Below, piece after piece: positions 18,367-26,774 of a stretch of 26,774 bases of DNA; the stretch's first letter is position 1, and every line of letters starts with the position of its first letter. The notes under the pieces are model-generated. The model did not search any database, was not told where the DNA came from, and saw only the letters and a program-made list of their open reading frames with translations. Source of the stretch: an uncultured Aquificales bacterium (GTDB lineage Bacteria > Thermosulfidibacterota > Thermosulfidibacteria > Thermosulfidibacterales > Thermosulfidibacteraceae); assembly GCA_964453345.1 (NCBI GenBank), contig CAYVOC010000019.1:1-26774 (forward strand), in the 5' to 3' direction. The position numbers were made by a program, and so were the translations under genes.

Positions 18367-19122
18367 CTATAACCTGACAGGAACCCCCCTCTCCTTGAGG
18401 TATCTTTTGGCCTCCCTGACAGAATACTCCCTGAAGTGGAATATGGATGCCGCCAGAACCGCATCGGCCTTTCCATAGACAATTCCCTCGTAGAGATGCT
18501 CTAAGGTGCCCGCCCCTCCGGAAGCGATTACGGGAATCTCCACCGCCTCCGATATGGTTCTCGTAAGCTCTATATCATAACCCTGCTTTGTTCCATCCCT
18601 GTCCATGCTGGTGAGCAGAATTTCACCCGCCCCGAGCTCCTGAACCCTTTTCGCCCACTCAACCGCATCTATACCGGTGGGGGTTCTGCCCCCGTGGATA
18701 TAGACCTCCCAGGAGTCTCCCTTTCTCTTGGCATCAATGGCCACCACGATACACTGGCTTCCAAAGGCCTTTGCAGCCTCTCTAACAAGCTCAGGATTTT
18801 TAACGGCAGCGGTGTTGATTGACACCTTATCCGCACCGGCCTTAAGAAGGGCCCTTATATCCTCAACCGTTCTTATGCCTCCACCCACCGTAAAGGGCAT
18901 AAAGACCTGCTCGGCAACCCTCTTGACCACATCGATCATGATGAAGCGCTTCTCATAGGAGGCGGTTATGTCCAGAAAGACAAGCTCATCGGCAAGCTCC
19001 TCATCGTAGAACTTGGCGTTCTCAACAGGATCCCCCGCATCAACCAGATTCACAAAGTTCACCCCCTTAACCACCCTTCCCTCTTTCACATCAAGACAGG
19101 GGATGATCCTTTTAGCAAGCAT
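18367..19122 (-). CDS. hisF: Imidazole glycerol phosphate synthase cyclase subunit
   Basis: [54 protein letters not shown]. Confidence 0.98.
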   Translation of the reverse strand: MLAKRIIPCLDVKEGRVVKGVNFVNLVDAGDPVENAKFYDEELADELVFLDITASYEKRFIMIDVVKRVAEQVFMPFTVGGGIRTVEDIRALLKAGADKVSINTAAVKNPELVREAAKAFGSQCIVVAIDAKRKGDSWEVYIHGGRTPTGIDAVEWAKRVQELGAGEILLTSMDRDGTKQGYDIELTRTISEAVEIPVIASGGAGTLEHLYEGIVYGKADAVLAASIFHFREYSVREAKRYLKERGVPVRL

Positions 19123-19843
19123 CCTTGGCCACCTCTATCGCTTCCTTCAGGGTAAACTTACCCTCATAAAGGGCCTTGCCAACTATCACTCCCACAACAC
19201 CCAAGGGTTCCAAAACCTTTACCTTCCTTATGTCCTCAAGGCTCGCAACGCCTCCCGATGCTATAACAGGCACATCAACACTTCTTGCAAGCTGGGCTGT
19301 AAGGGAAGTCTCAACCCCCTCCAGAGTCCCGTCCCTTGTTATCTCTGTGAATATTATCGCATCCACCGGCAAATCCGAAACCTTTTTGGCAAGCTCTAAA
19401 ACCGTCAGCTCCCCTTCCCTTTCCCAGCCCCTCACCACAACCCTTCCCTTAGCACCGTCAATGCCCGCTATGACCCTTTTGGGGTATAAGCTGCAGATCT
19501 CCTCAAAGAGGGAGAAATCCTCCACTATAACCGTTCCCATGATCACCCATCTAACCCCTGCATCAATGAGCGCCTTCACAGTCTCCCTTTTTCTTATTCC
19601 ACCTCCCACCTCAACCGGGATGGAAACGGCCTTCACAATCCCCTCTATGACCCTCATGTTGACGGGAATCCCCTCAAAGGCCCCATCAAGATCCACAACG
19701 TGCAGCCTTTCAGCCCCCTGATCCTCCCAGTATTTGGCCACATCAACGGGGTTCTGATAATAGACCTTGGCGGTATCCTTAAGCCCCTTGTAGAGCCTCA
19801 CGCACTTCCCGTCCTTTATGTCAATTGCAGGTATAACAAGCAT
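19112..19843 (-). CDS. hisA: ProFAR isomerase
   Basis: [47 protein letters not shown] at 19843 (or GTG at 19846). Confidence 0.96.
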   Translation of the reverse strand: MLVIPAIDIKDGKCVRLYKGLKDTAKVYYQNPVDVAKYWEDQGAERLHVVDLDGAFEGIPVNMRVIEGIVKAVSIPVEVGGGIRKRETVKALIDAGVRWVIMGTVIVEDFSLFEEICSLYPKRVIAGIDGAKGRVVVRGWEREGELTVLELAKKVSDLPVDAIIFTEITRDGTLEGVETSLTAQLARSVDVPVIASGGVASLEDIRKVKVLEPLGVVGVIVGKALYEGKFTLKEAIEVAKDAC

Positions 19844-20346
19844 CACCTTCCACCCTTAACCCCGAGCTTCTCATAAAGCCTTTCGGCTATGTAAGGCGGG
19901 ACAAGACAGGAGACATTGCCACCGTAGGAGGCTATCTCCTTAACTATCCGTGAGCTTATGTAGGTATACTGCTCGCTGGGCATCATGAACAGGGTTTCTA
20001 TATTGGGGTAAAGTTTCCTGTTCATAAGGGCCATCTGAAACTCATACTCAAAGTCCGATATGGCCCTCAATCCCCTGATCACAACCGTTGCTCCCTTCCT
20101 CTTGGCATATTCTATCAACAGGGTGTCGAAGCTATCCACCTCAACATTGGCAAGCCCCCTCTCCCTGACGCAGTGCTCTATCATCTCCATCCTCTCTTCA
20201 ATGCTGAACAGGGGCTTTTTGGGAAGATTCAAGGCCACAGCCATGACAACCCTGTCAAAGATCTTTGCCGCCCTTTCCAGTATATCGAGATGCCCATAGG
20301 TTATGGGATCAAAGGTTCCTGGGTATACCGCAAGCTTTTCACTCAT
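19843..20346 (-). CDS. coaD: Phosphopantetheine adenylyltransferase
   Basis: [28 protein letters not shown]. Confidence 0.97.
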   Translation of the reverse strand: MSEKLAVYPGTFDPITYGHLDILERAAKIFDRVVMAVALNLPKKPLFSIEERMEMIEHCVRERGLANVEVDSFDTLLIEYAKRKGATVVIRGLRAISDFEYEFQMALMNRKLYPNIETLFMMPSEQYTYISSRIVKEIASYGGNVSCLVPPYIAERLYEKLGVKGGR

Positions 20347-20888
20347 AAACCCCTCCGCTCAAAGAAAGTGAGCTGGTTTTCACCAATCCTCTTCTCTTTT
20401 ACCGTGAACCCCTCGGGAAAATCAAATCGGCTCTTGTGGTGATGCTGCAGCACCATTACACCATCCTCACTGAGGTAACCTGCATAAATAAGGGGCAATC
20501 TTTCCAGTCCCCTTATCCCGTAGGGAGGCCCCAGAAATACAATGTCGTAGGGTCCCTTCTCGGAAAGGATGGCAGGTGGTCTGAAGGCATCCCCCTTCAC
20601 AACAAGGGCCCTATCCTGATAACCGAGGATCTCCAGATTCTCCCTGATCAACCTCACCATCCTGGGATCCTTCTCCACATACACCACAAAGTCAGCCCCC
20701 CTGCTGAGGGCCTCAATGCCCACAGTCCCCACCCCACCGAACACATCCAGAAAGGACGCTTTCCACACCCTTTCCCCAAGGGTGTCAAAGAGCACCTTCC
20801 TTATACTTGCGAGTATAGGGCGGGTTTTTCTACCGGGCGGGCTTTTGATCCTTCTACCCTTCGCTTCCCCTCCGGTTATTCTTATCAC
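20343..20888 (-). CDS. rsmD: 16S rRNA m2G966 methyltransferase
   Basis: [31 protein letters not shown]; conserved rsmD-coaD pairing. Confidence 0.92.
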   Translation of the reverse strand: MIRITGGEAKGRRIKSPPGRKTRPILASIRKVLFDTLGERVWKASFLDVFGGVGTVGIEALSRGADFVVYVEKDPRMVRLIRENLEILGYQDRALVVKGDAFRPPAILSEKGPYDIVFLGPPYGIRGLERLPLIYAGYLSEDGVMVLQHHHKSRFDFPEGFTVKEKRIGENQLTFFERRGL

Positions 20889-21771
20889 TCAACCACCCCT
20901 CTATGCGGGAAAAGATCCCCTCTTTGTCTTCAGCGTCAAAAAACTCAAAGCCCTCTTTTCTGAACCATGTCCTCTGCCTCTTTGAATATCTCCAGGTGTT
21001 TTTCTGGATTAAAGCAACTGCCTCATCAAGGGAAAGCTCACCCTCAAGATGCATTATAAGCTCTCTGTATCCCAAAGTATCCCTCAAAATCCTGTTGTCC
21101 CAGCCGTATCTTGCAACAAGCCCCTCAACCTCCTCCAGCCACCCTGCATCCATCATGGCCACCACTCTGTCGTATATGCGCTTCTTCAGAATCTCCCTGT
21201 CCCTGTCCAGGGCTATCTTTAGCACATCCCACTTCGGCTTGGGCCTCCACCTGAAAGCAGAAGCCGGCCTTCCCGTCAAAATACATATCTCCAGCGCCCT
21301 CACAATCCTTTTCACATCGTTCGGATGTATCTCAGATGCTCTATCGGGATCAAGCTTTCTTAGTTTCTCATAAAGCTCTTCTCTGCTAAGAAGATACAGC
21401 TTCTCCCTCAAGTTTCTGTCCGAGGGAAGATCAGGAGGGACCCCTTCCACAAGTCCCTTTATGTAAAAGCCACTTCCTCCCACAACGATGGGGAGTTTGC
21501 CCCTTGATAGGATATCCTCCACCACCCTTGAGGCCTCAACCTCGTATCTCTTCACATCCCACGGATCATCCGGACTTGCAACATCAAAGAGATGATGCGG
21601 GACCTTGCCCCTTACATCTAAGGGTGGCTTTGCCGTCCCTATATCCATGCCCTTGTATATCTGGACCGAATCGGCGTTTACCACCTCTCCGGAGAAGCGC
21701 TCCGCCAGCTCAACCGCAAGATCACTCTTTCCCGTAGCGGTGGGACCACCGACGACCAGAACCTTTTTCAT
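20854..21771 (-). CDS. miaA: tRNA dimethylallyltransferase
   Basis: [46 protein letters not shown]. Confidence 0.97.
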   Translation of the reverse strand: MKKVLVVGGPTATGKSDLAVELAERFSGEVVNADSVQIYKGMDIGTAKPPLDVRGKVPHHLFDVASPDDPWDVKRYEVEASRVVEDILSRGKLPIVVGGSGFYIKGLVEGVPPDLPSDRNLREKLYLLSREELYEKLRKLDPDRASEIHPNDVKRIVRALEICILTGRPASAFRWRPKPKWDVLKIALDRDREILKKRIYDRVVAMMDAGWLEEVEGLVARYGWDNRILRDTLGYRELIMHLEGELSLDEAVALIQKNTWRYSKRQRTWFRKEGFEFFDAEDKEGIFSRIEGWLSDKNNRRGSEG

Positions 21772-22658
21772 CGCAGAAGGGAAGAGAGCGCCGCACCCAG
21801 ATGCGCATACTTGAAGCTAAACCCGGCCTCCTCAAGCCTTTTCGGCACAACCCTCAAACTTCCCAGAAGAAGGCCGGAAGCCTCTCCCAGAATAACCTTC
21901 AAAGCAGAGGCAGGAACCCTCAAAAAACAGGGTCTGCCAAGAATGCTGGCAAGGCTCCTGGCAAAATCCTTTTGTCTTACAGGATGCGGCGACACAAGGT
22001 TGATAGGTCCATCAATCCCGGCATCAAGGGCAAAAAACACCGCTGAAACCACATCATCTATATGCACCCAGGGAAACCACTGCCTCCCAGATCCCACAAC
22101 CGCCCCCAACCCCACCCTATAAGCCCAAAGCATCCTTCCCAAGGCCCCTCCCCTTCCCAGAACAACGCCCAGCCTCAAAACCAGAACCCTGCATCCCTTT
22201 TCCTTAGCCCTCAGAGCCTCCCTCTCCCAATCCACACAAACCTCTGCGAGAAAATCCTCACCGGGAGGGCTTTCCTCCGTCAACAGCTCCTCTCCCCTGT
22301 CCATACCGTAGTATCCAACAGCCGAGGCGTTTATTAGAAAGGCATCGGATTTTAAGGCCTCCACCACACGTCTGGTTGATGCAAGACGGCTTTCCCTTAT
22401 GCGCTTCCTTTTGGACGCCGTCCACAGCCCGAAGATGCTTTCACCCGCCAGATTAACTACAATATCCGCCTCCGAACAGATACTCTGCCACTTTCCGGGA
22501 AACCTCGGATCACCCTCAACAAACCTGGCACCCTCCGGCAAAAAGCGCCCTTTGCCCTGCGATCTCAAAAGAACCCATACCTCAAAACCCGCATCAAGAA
22601 AGGTCCTAACGATATGGGGACCTATAAAACCTGTGGCTCCTACAAAAAAGGCCTTCAT
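21768..22658 (-). CDS. TIGR01777/YfcH-type NAD-dependent epimerase-family oxidoreductase
   Basis: GATGFIG, NLAGE.I...[29 protein letters not shown]. Confidence 0.9.
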   Translation of the reverse strand: MKAFFVGATGFIGPHIVRTFLDAGFEVWVLLRSQGKGRFLPEGARFVEGDPRFPGKWQSICSEADIVVNLAGESIFGLWTASKRKRIRESRLASTRRVVEALKSDAFLINASAVGYYGMDRGEELLTEESPPGEDFLAEVCVDWEREALRAKEKGCRVLVLRLGVVLGRGGALGRMLWAYRVGLGAVVGSGRQWFPWVHIDDVVSAVFFALDAGIDGPINLVSPHPVRQKDFARSLASILGRPCFLRVPASALKVILGEASGLLLGSLRVVPKRLEEAGFSFKYAHLGAALSSLLR

Positions 22659-22661
22659 AAC

Positions 22662-23399
22662 CTAAATGGTTATGCCACCATCCACGCTTATAACGGCACC
22701 GTTTATAAAGGAGGCCTCATCGGATGCCAGAAACAGATAGACATTGGCCACATCCTCGGGCCTACCGAATCTGCCCAAAGGGGTCCTTTCAAGGATCATT
22801 CTCTTCACCTGATCCGGCAGGTTCGCTGTCATATCGGTCTCAATAAAACCGGGGGCGACAGCATTGACCCTTATCCCCTTGGGTCCCAGCTCTCTGGCCC
22901 ACACCTTGGTCATACCTATCACGGCGCACTTGGAGGCCACATAGTTGGTCTGTCCAAAATTACCGTATAAAGCCACAACGGAGCTTGCGTTCAGTATAAC
23001 CCCACCTCCCTGCTCCACCATATAGGGAACGACCGCCTTGGTGCAGTTAAAGACCCCCTTCACATTCACATCCAGAACGGCTTCAAACTCCTCAGGCTCC
23101 ATCTTGAGAAGGGTCCTGTCCCTTATGATTCCCGCATTGTTAACAAGAACATCCACCCGAGAGAACCTCTCAACAACGGCCCTAAGTGTGGAGCGCACGG
23201 CATCGTAATCCCTCACGTCAACCCTGTAGAACTCGGCATCACCGCCCGAAGATCTTACCTCCTCGGCGACCCTTCCGCCCTCCTCGTCAAGATCCACAAG
23301 GGCAACAGAAGCACCCTCCTTAGCAAAAAGAAGGGCCGTAGCTTTACCTATACCCCTCGCAGCTCCCGTGATTACGGCAACCTTGCCCTCAAGCCTCAA
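22662..23399 (-). CDS. FabG-like short-chain dehydrogenase (3-oxoacyl-ACP/CoA reductase family)
   Basis: TGAARGIG, NNAGI.RD, SS..GNFGQTNY.ASK, VAPGFI.T.M; TTG start. Confidence 0.88.
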   Translation of the reverse strand: MRLEGKVAVITGAARGIGKATALLFAKEGASVALVDLDEEGGRVAEEVRSSGGDAEFYRVDVRDYDAVRSTLRAVVERFSRVDVLVNNAGIIRDRTLLKMEPEEFEAVLDVNVKGVFNCTKAVVPYMVEQGGGVILNASSVVALYGNFGQTNYVASKCAVIGMTKVWARELGPKGIRVNAVAPGFIETDMTANLPDQVKRMILERTPLGRFGRPEDVANVYLFLASDEASFINGAVISVDGGITI

Positions 23400-23401
23400 G
23401 A

Positions 23402-24679
23402 CTACCCCCTTATCATCTTTATGGCGCAGTATTCACCGCACATGGTGCACACATCCTCCTCTTTCTGAGGAGGCCTTGATCCCCTCATCTTCCTCGCCTT
23501 AACAGGATCAAGGGCAAGCTCCATCTGCTTCTCCCAGTCAAGATCCCACCTGGCCTTTGACATCTCTAAATCCCACTCGGCGGCTCCCTTTATACCCCTC
23601 GCTATATCCGCCGCGTGGGCAGCGATTCTGGCAGCGATAACCCCCTCCCTCACATCCTCAGCCGTTGGGAGCCTCAGATGCTCGGAGGGTGTGACATAGC
23701 AGAGAAAATCGGCTCCGTTCCAGGCGGCTATGGCGCCGCCTATGGCAGAAACTATGTGATCGTATCCGGGAGCCACATCCGTCACCACCGGCCCAAGAAC
23801 ATAAAAGGGAGCACCGTGGCATATCCTCTTCTGCAGGATCATGTTGGCCGCAATCTGATGGAGGGGAACATGCCCCGGCCCTTCCACCATCACCTGAACC
23901 CCCTTCTCCCAGGCAGCCTGAACCAGCTCGCCTATGGTGATCAACTCCTCTATCTGGGCCCTATCCGTGGCATCGGCGATACAGCCGGGTCTCAAGCCGT
24001 CTCCCAAGGAGAGAACCATATCGTATTCCTTGGCTATATCCAGAAGCTCATCGTAATACTCATACAGGGGATTCTGTTTGCGGTTTGCCTTCATCCAGGC
24101 GGTTATAATGGCGCCTCCACGGCTGACAACCCCGAGAACCCTGCCCTCCTTCTCCATCCTCTCTATGCTCTGAAGGGTCACCCCGCAGTGGACAGTAATA
24201 AAATCGACCCCGTCTTCTGCGTGCTTGCGGATAACATCAAAGAGATGCTCCTTCTCCATCTTTATAACGGGCCTGCCGCTGGTCCTGCACTCAATGGCAG
24301 CCTGGTATATGGGAACGGTGCCCACCATAACGGGGCACTCCTCCAGCACCCTCCTCCTCATGTAGTCAAGATCCCCCCCTGTGGAGAGATCCATCACCGC
24401 ATCGGCGCCCGCCTCAACCGCAGCCCTCAGCTTCTCAAGCTCCTCCTCATAGTTCACGTAATCTGAGGAGGTGCCTATGTTGGCGTTCACCTTTACCCTT
24501 AGTCCCTCGCCTATGCCCTCAATCCTCTCTATGTGCTTCCTGTTCTTGTTCTTCGGAATAATAACGGTCCCCTTGGCTATTCTTTCTCTCAAAATCTCCG
24601 GATCAACCCCCTCCCTTTTAGCAACCTCCTCCATCTCGGGGGTTATTATTCCCTTCCTTGCCGCCTCAAGCTGGGTCAT
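23402..24679 (-). CDS. thiC: Phosphomethylpyrimidine synthase (short form)
   Basis: KVNANIG, MDLSTG, SRGG, LGDGLRPG, EGPGH, CYVTP.EH, C-terminal CTMCGEYC; clustered with thi4 and thiE. Confidence 0.95.
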   Translation of the reverse strand: MTQLEAARKGIITPEMEEVAKREGVDPEILRERIAKGTVIIPKNKNRKHIERIEGIGEGLRVKVNANIGTSSDYVNYEEELEKLRAAVEAGADAVMDLSTGGDLDYMRRRVLEECPVMVGTVPIYQAAIECRTSGRPVIKMEKEHLFDVIRKHAEDGVDFITVHCGVTLQSIERMEKEGRVLGVVSRGGAIITAWMKANRKQNPLYEYYDELLDIAKEYDMVLSLGDGLRPGCIADATDRAQIEELITIGELVQAAWEKGVQVMVEGPGHVPLHQIAANMILQKRICHGAPFYVLGPVVTDVAPGYDHIVSAIGGAIAAWNGADFLCYVTPSEHLRLPTAEDVREGVIAARIAAHAADIARGIKGAAEWDLEMSKARWDLDWEKQMELALDPVKARKMRGSRPPQKEEDVCTMCGEYCAIKMIRG

Positions 24680-25290
24680 TTTGCATCCTCCAATCCATCC
24701 TTAAAACTTCTCGCAAGCCCCCTTGGATCAGGGCAACTGAAAAAACAGGACATGGCAACCACTCCCGGCGCCCCCGCCTCAACAAGCTCCTTCACCCTCT
24801 CGGGGACCACACCCCCCAAGGGATACACGGGCACCGGGCTGAGCCCAACAGCCTCTTTGTAAACCTCCAACCCCAAGGGCTTTGTCATGGGCTTGCTTCT
24901 CGTATGAAATATAGGTGACAAAAAGAAATAATCCACCTTGTCCATGTAAGCCTTCACCTCATCAAGGGTGTGGGCAGAATAGCCTATAAGCCCATCCCAT
25001 ATCCTTCTGACATCCTCGGGCGGGATGGAGTCCGCACCCAAGTGCACCCCGTCGGCGCCTATAACCTTCGCAACATCAACCCTGTCCTTCACCAGAAGCA
25101 GGGCATTGTAGCTTTTCGTCAGCATCCTGAACTGCCTTCCCACATACACAAGGGTCTTGGGATTCAGATCAGGCTCCCTCAGCAGTATGCAATCCACCCC
25201 TCCCTCAAGGGCCTGCCTGCACACTTCCAGCATGGGCTTGGCCTTAACCAGGTGCCTGTTGGTAATAAGACATATCTTGAAGGGAGCCAT
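24676..25290 (-). CDS. thiE: Thiamine phosphate synthase family protein (ThiE/TenI fold; several motif substitutions)
   Basis: LIT, LRE, DRVDVA, GVHLG, SAH, SPIF.T.SK, LGGV, G..MS; located between thi4 and thiC. Confidence 0.75.
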   Translation of the reverse strand: MAPFKICLITNRHLVKAKPMLEVCRQALEGGVDCILLREPDLNPKTLVYVGRQFRMLTKSYNALLLVKDRVDVAKVIGADGVHLGADSIPPEDVRRIWDGLIGYSAHTLDEVKAYMDKVDYFFLSPIFHTRSKPMTKPLGLEVYKEAVGLSPVPVYPLGGVVPERVKELVEAGAPGVVAMSCFFSCPDPRGLARSFKDGLEDAK

Positions 25291-26075
25291 CACCCTCTCA
25301 ACCTCTCAAGAAGAAGATCAGCCGCCTTCTTACCAGAAAGAAGCATGCCCCCGAAAATCGGTCCCATGCGGTGCTTGCCGTAACAGGCAACCGCAGCCAT
25401 GCCTATAACGAAAAGCCCCGGGTAAACCTCACCCGTGAACTCCTCCGTCGCCCTTTCCCCAAACTCCGCCCACATGGGTCTTTCCCCGGGAACATCACCT
25501 GTGGGCGTATTCAACCTCTTCTTGAGCTTTTTAACCACCACATTCGCAATCTCGGCATCGTGTCCCGTTCCATCAACCACATACTTTGCCTCAACCGTTA
25601 TGGGATCAACATGCAGACCCGACATATCAACGGGGGTCCAGAGAAGCACAAGCCCGGAAACCCTCTCGTCCTCACCCTTCACCTTAACATCAACAGCGCT
25701 CCACAGATTAAAAATCTTAACCCCAGCCCTTATAGCCTTAAGCCCCAAAGCGCACGCAAACTCCACCGCATTCAGAACGTAATACCCCTTTTCCTTATAA
25801 GGGGAATAGCTTACCTCCATCTCATCCAGAATGGGCAAAGCCTCATCCTGCACCACAATATCGTTAAACATGGCTCCGCCGCCCCAGATGCCCCCGCCTA
25901 TGGAGAGTTTCCTCTCAAAAATAGCCACCTTTACCCCTTCCTTCGCAAGGTAATAGCCGCAGGTCAGCCCCGCAGGACCGGCGCCAACAATGGCCACATC
26001 CATCTCAACAAAGTCCAGAAACTTCCGCGTGTAGCTCTCAACAATGGCCTTGGTTATGATTCTCTCATCAAGCAT
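25290..26075 (-). CDS. thi4: Sulfide-dependent adenosine diphosphate thiazole synthase (His-type Thi4)
   Basis: DV.IVGAGPAGL, GGG.WGG, LHVDP, D.TGHD, RMGPIFGGMLLSG. Start set at ATG 26075 after the AGGAGGG SD. Confidence 0.95.
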   Translation of the reverse strand: MLDERIITKAIVESYTRKFLDFVEMDVAIVGAGPAGLTCGYYLAKEGVKVAIFERKLSIGGGIWGGGAMFNDIVVQDEALPILDEMEVSYSPYKEKGYYVLNAVEFACALGLKAIRAGVKIFNLWSAVDVKVKGEDERVSGLVLLWTPVDMSGLHVDPITVEAKYVVDGTGHDAEIANVVVKKLKKRLNTPTGDVPGERPMWAEFGERATEEFTGEVYPGLFVIGMAAVACYGKHRMGPIFGGMLLSGKKAADLLLERLRG

Positions 26076-26085
26076 GGCTTCCCTC

Positions 26086-26772
26086 CTAATCTCTCTCGCC
26101 AAAAATGGCCGTGCCTATTCTAACCATGGTGGCACCCTCTTCAATAGCCACCTCAAAATCGTTGCTCATCCCCATGGAAAGATGCACTAAAACTTCATCC
26201 CCTAAGCTTTCATTGATCGTCTCCTTAAGCTCCCTGAGCCTTCTGAAAACCCACCTAACCTCCTCGGGATCATCAACGTAAGGGGCAACCGTCATCAGCC
26301 CCACAAGCTTAAGATGCTCCTTTGAAAGAACGTATCTCACAAGAGACTCCGCCTCATCAGGGGAGACCCCGTGCTTGGACTCTTCCCCTGCAACATTCAC
26401 CTCCACAAGCACAGGAAGAGATCTGCCGGAAGCGGATAACCTCTTCTCAAGCTCATCAGCAATGGCGGGCCTGTCCACAGAATGGATCCAATCAAAGATC
26501 CTTACGGCGTATTTGACCTTATTCCTCTGAAGATAACCTATCATGTGCCAGTCAACACCAAGATGCCCGAGGACCTCGTGCTTCCTCAAAGCCTCCTGAA
26601 CCCTGTTCTCGCCAATGTGCCTGACGCCAGCCTCAACAGCCTCAACAATCCTCTCAGGAGGATGCCCCTTGCTTACGGCAACAAGCACAACATCAGATGG
26701 GGATCTGCCCGCCCTCTCACACGCCGCCTCTATCCTCTGAAGCACAGCCCTCAAATTCTCCGCCACACCCAT
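26086..26772 (-). CDS. yggS: YggS/PLPBP pyridoxal-phosphate homeostasis protein
   Basis: LVAVSK, GENRVQE, WH.IG.LQRNK, GLMT, LSMGMSNDFE.AIEEGATMVRIG..IFG.R. Confidence 0.96.
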   Translation of the reverse strand: MGVAENLRAVLQRIEAACERAGRSPSDVVLVAVSKGHPPERIVEAVEAGVRHIGENRVQEALRKHEVLGHLGVDWHMIGYLQRNKVKYAVRIFDWIHSVDRPAIADELEKRLSASGRSLPVLVEVNVAGEESKHGVSPDEAESLVRYVLSKEHLKLVGLMTVAPYVDDPEEVRWVFRRLRELKETINESLGDEVLVHLSMGMSNDFEVAIEEGATMVRIGTAIFGERD

Positions 26773-26774
26773 CC

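Noticed and set aside
20854..20888. 35-nt miaA/rsmD overlap as a frameshift
   Set aside because: MiaA is complete past KRQ.TWF and rsmD has its own SD and GTG; ordinary compact-genome overlap.
23402..24679. ThiC paralog BzaA/B/F (benzimidazole synthesis)
   Set aside because: Single copy translationally coupled to thi4 and thiE-like genes with no cobalamin genes nearby; ThiC is the simpler call.
23615..26123. Plus-strand ORFs of 283 and 250 aa opposite thiC and thi4
   Set aside because: Antisense shadows with no protein-family motifs.
1..26774. CRISPR arrays, tRNA/rRNA genes, IS elements, defence genes
   Set aside because: Intergenic gaps are at most ~150 bp and contain no repeat-spacer, cloverleaf or transposase/integrase signatures.

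Overview
Gene-dense bacterial chromosomal window, almost entirely on the minus strand, with no mobile elements, CRISPR arrays or RNA genes visible. The His-type Thi4 and the charged-residue-rich proteins suggest a thermophilic, sulfide-habitat diderm (inference). In transcription order (right to left): (1) a tightly overlapping ~10.4 kb housekeeping/cofactor run: yggS, thi4, thiE-like, thiC, SDR, TIGR01777-type, miaA, rsmD, coaD, hisA, hisF, lnt, crcB, DUF190; (2) one plus-strand Pat-like GNAT acetyltransferase, head-to-head with (3) a complete proton-pumping complex I operon nuoA-B-CD-E-F-G-H-I-J-K-L-M-N ending in an intrinsic terminator; (4) an apparently separate unit behind a well-spaced sigma-28 (FliA)-type promoter. 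That unit encodes an unusual Cys-rich 85-aa lipoprotein, two tandem FlgO-like envelope proteins, a small possibly frameshifted ORF and a small secreted protein running off the left edge. Unit (4) is the best candidate for an undescribed system, a putative late-flagellar envelope module. The thiamine genes (non-suicidal Thi4 plus a motif-degenerate ThiE/TenI-like protein) and the palindromes in the nuo/GNAT divergent promoter also merit a look. All calls come from motif recognition; no database search was run.
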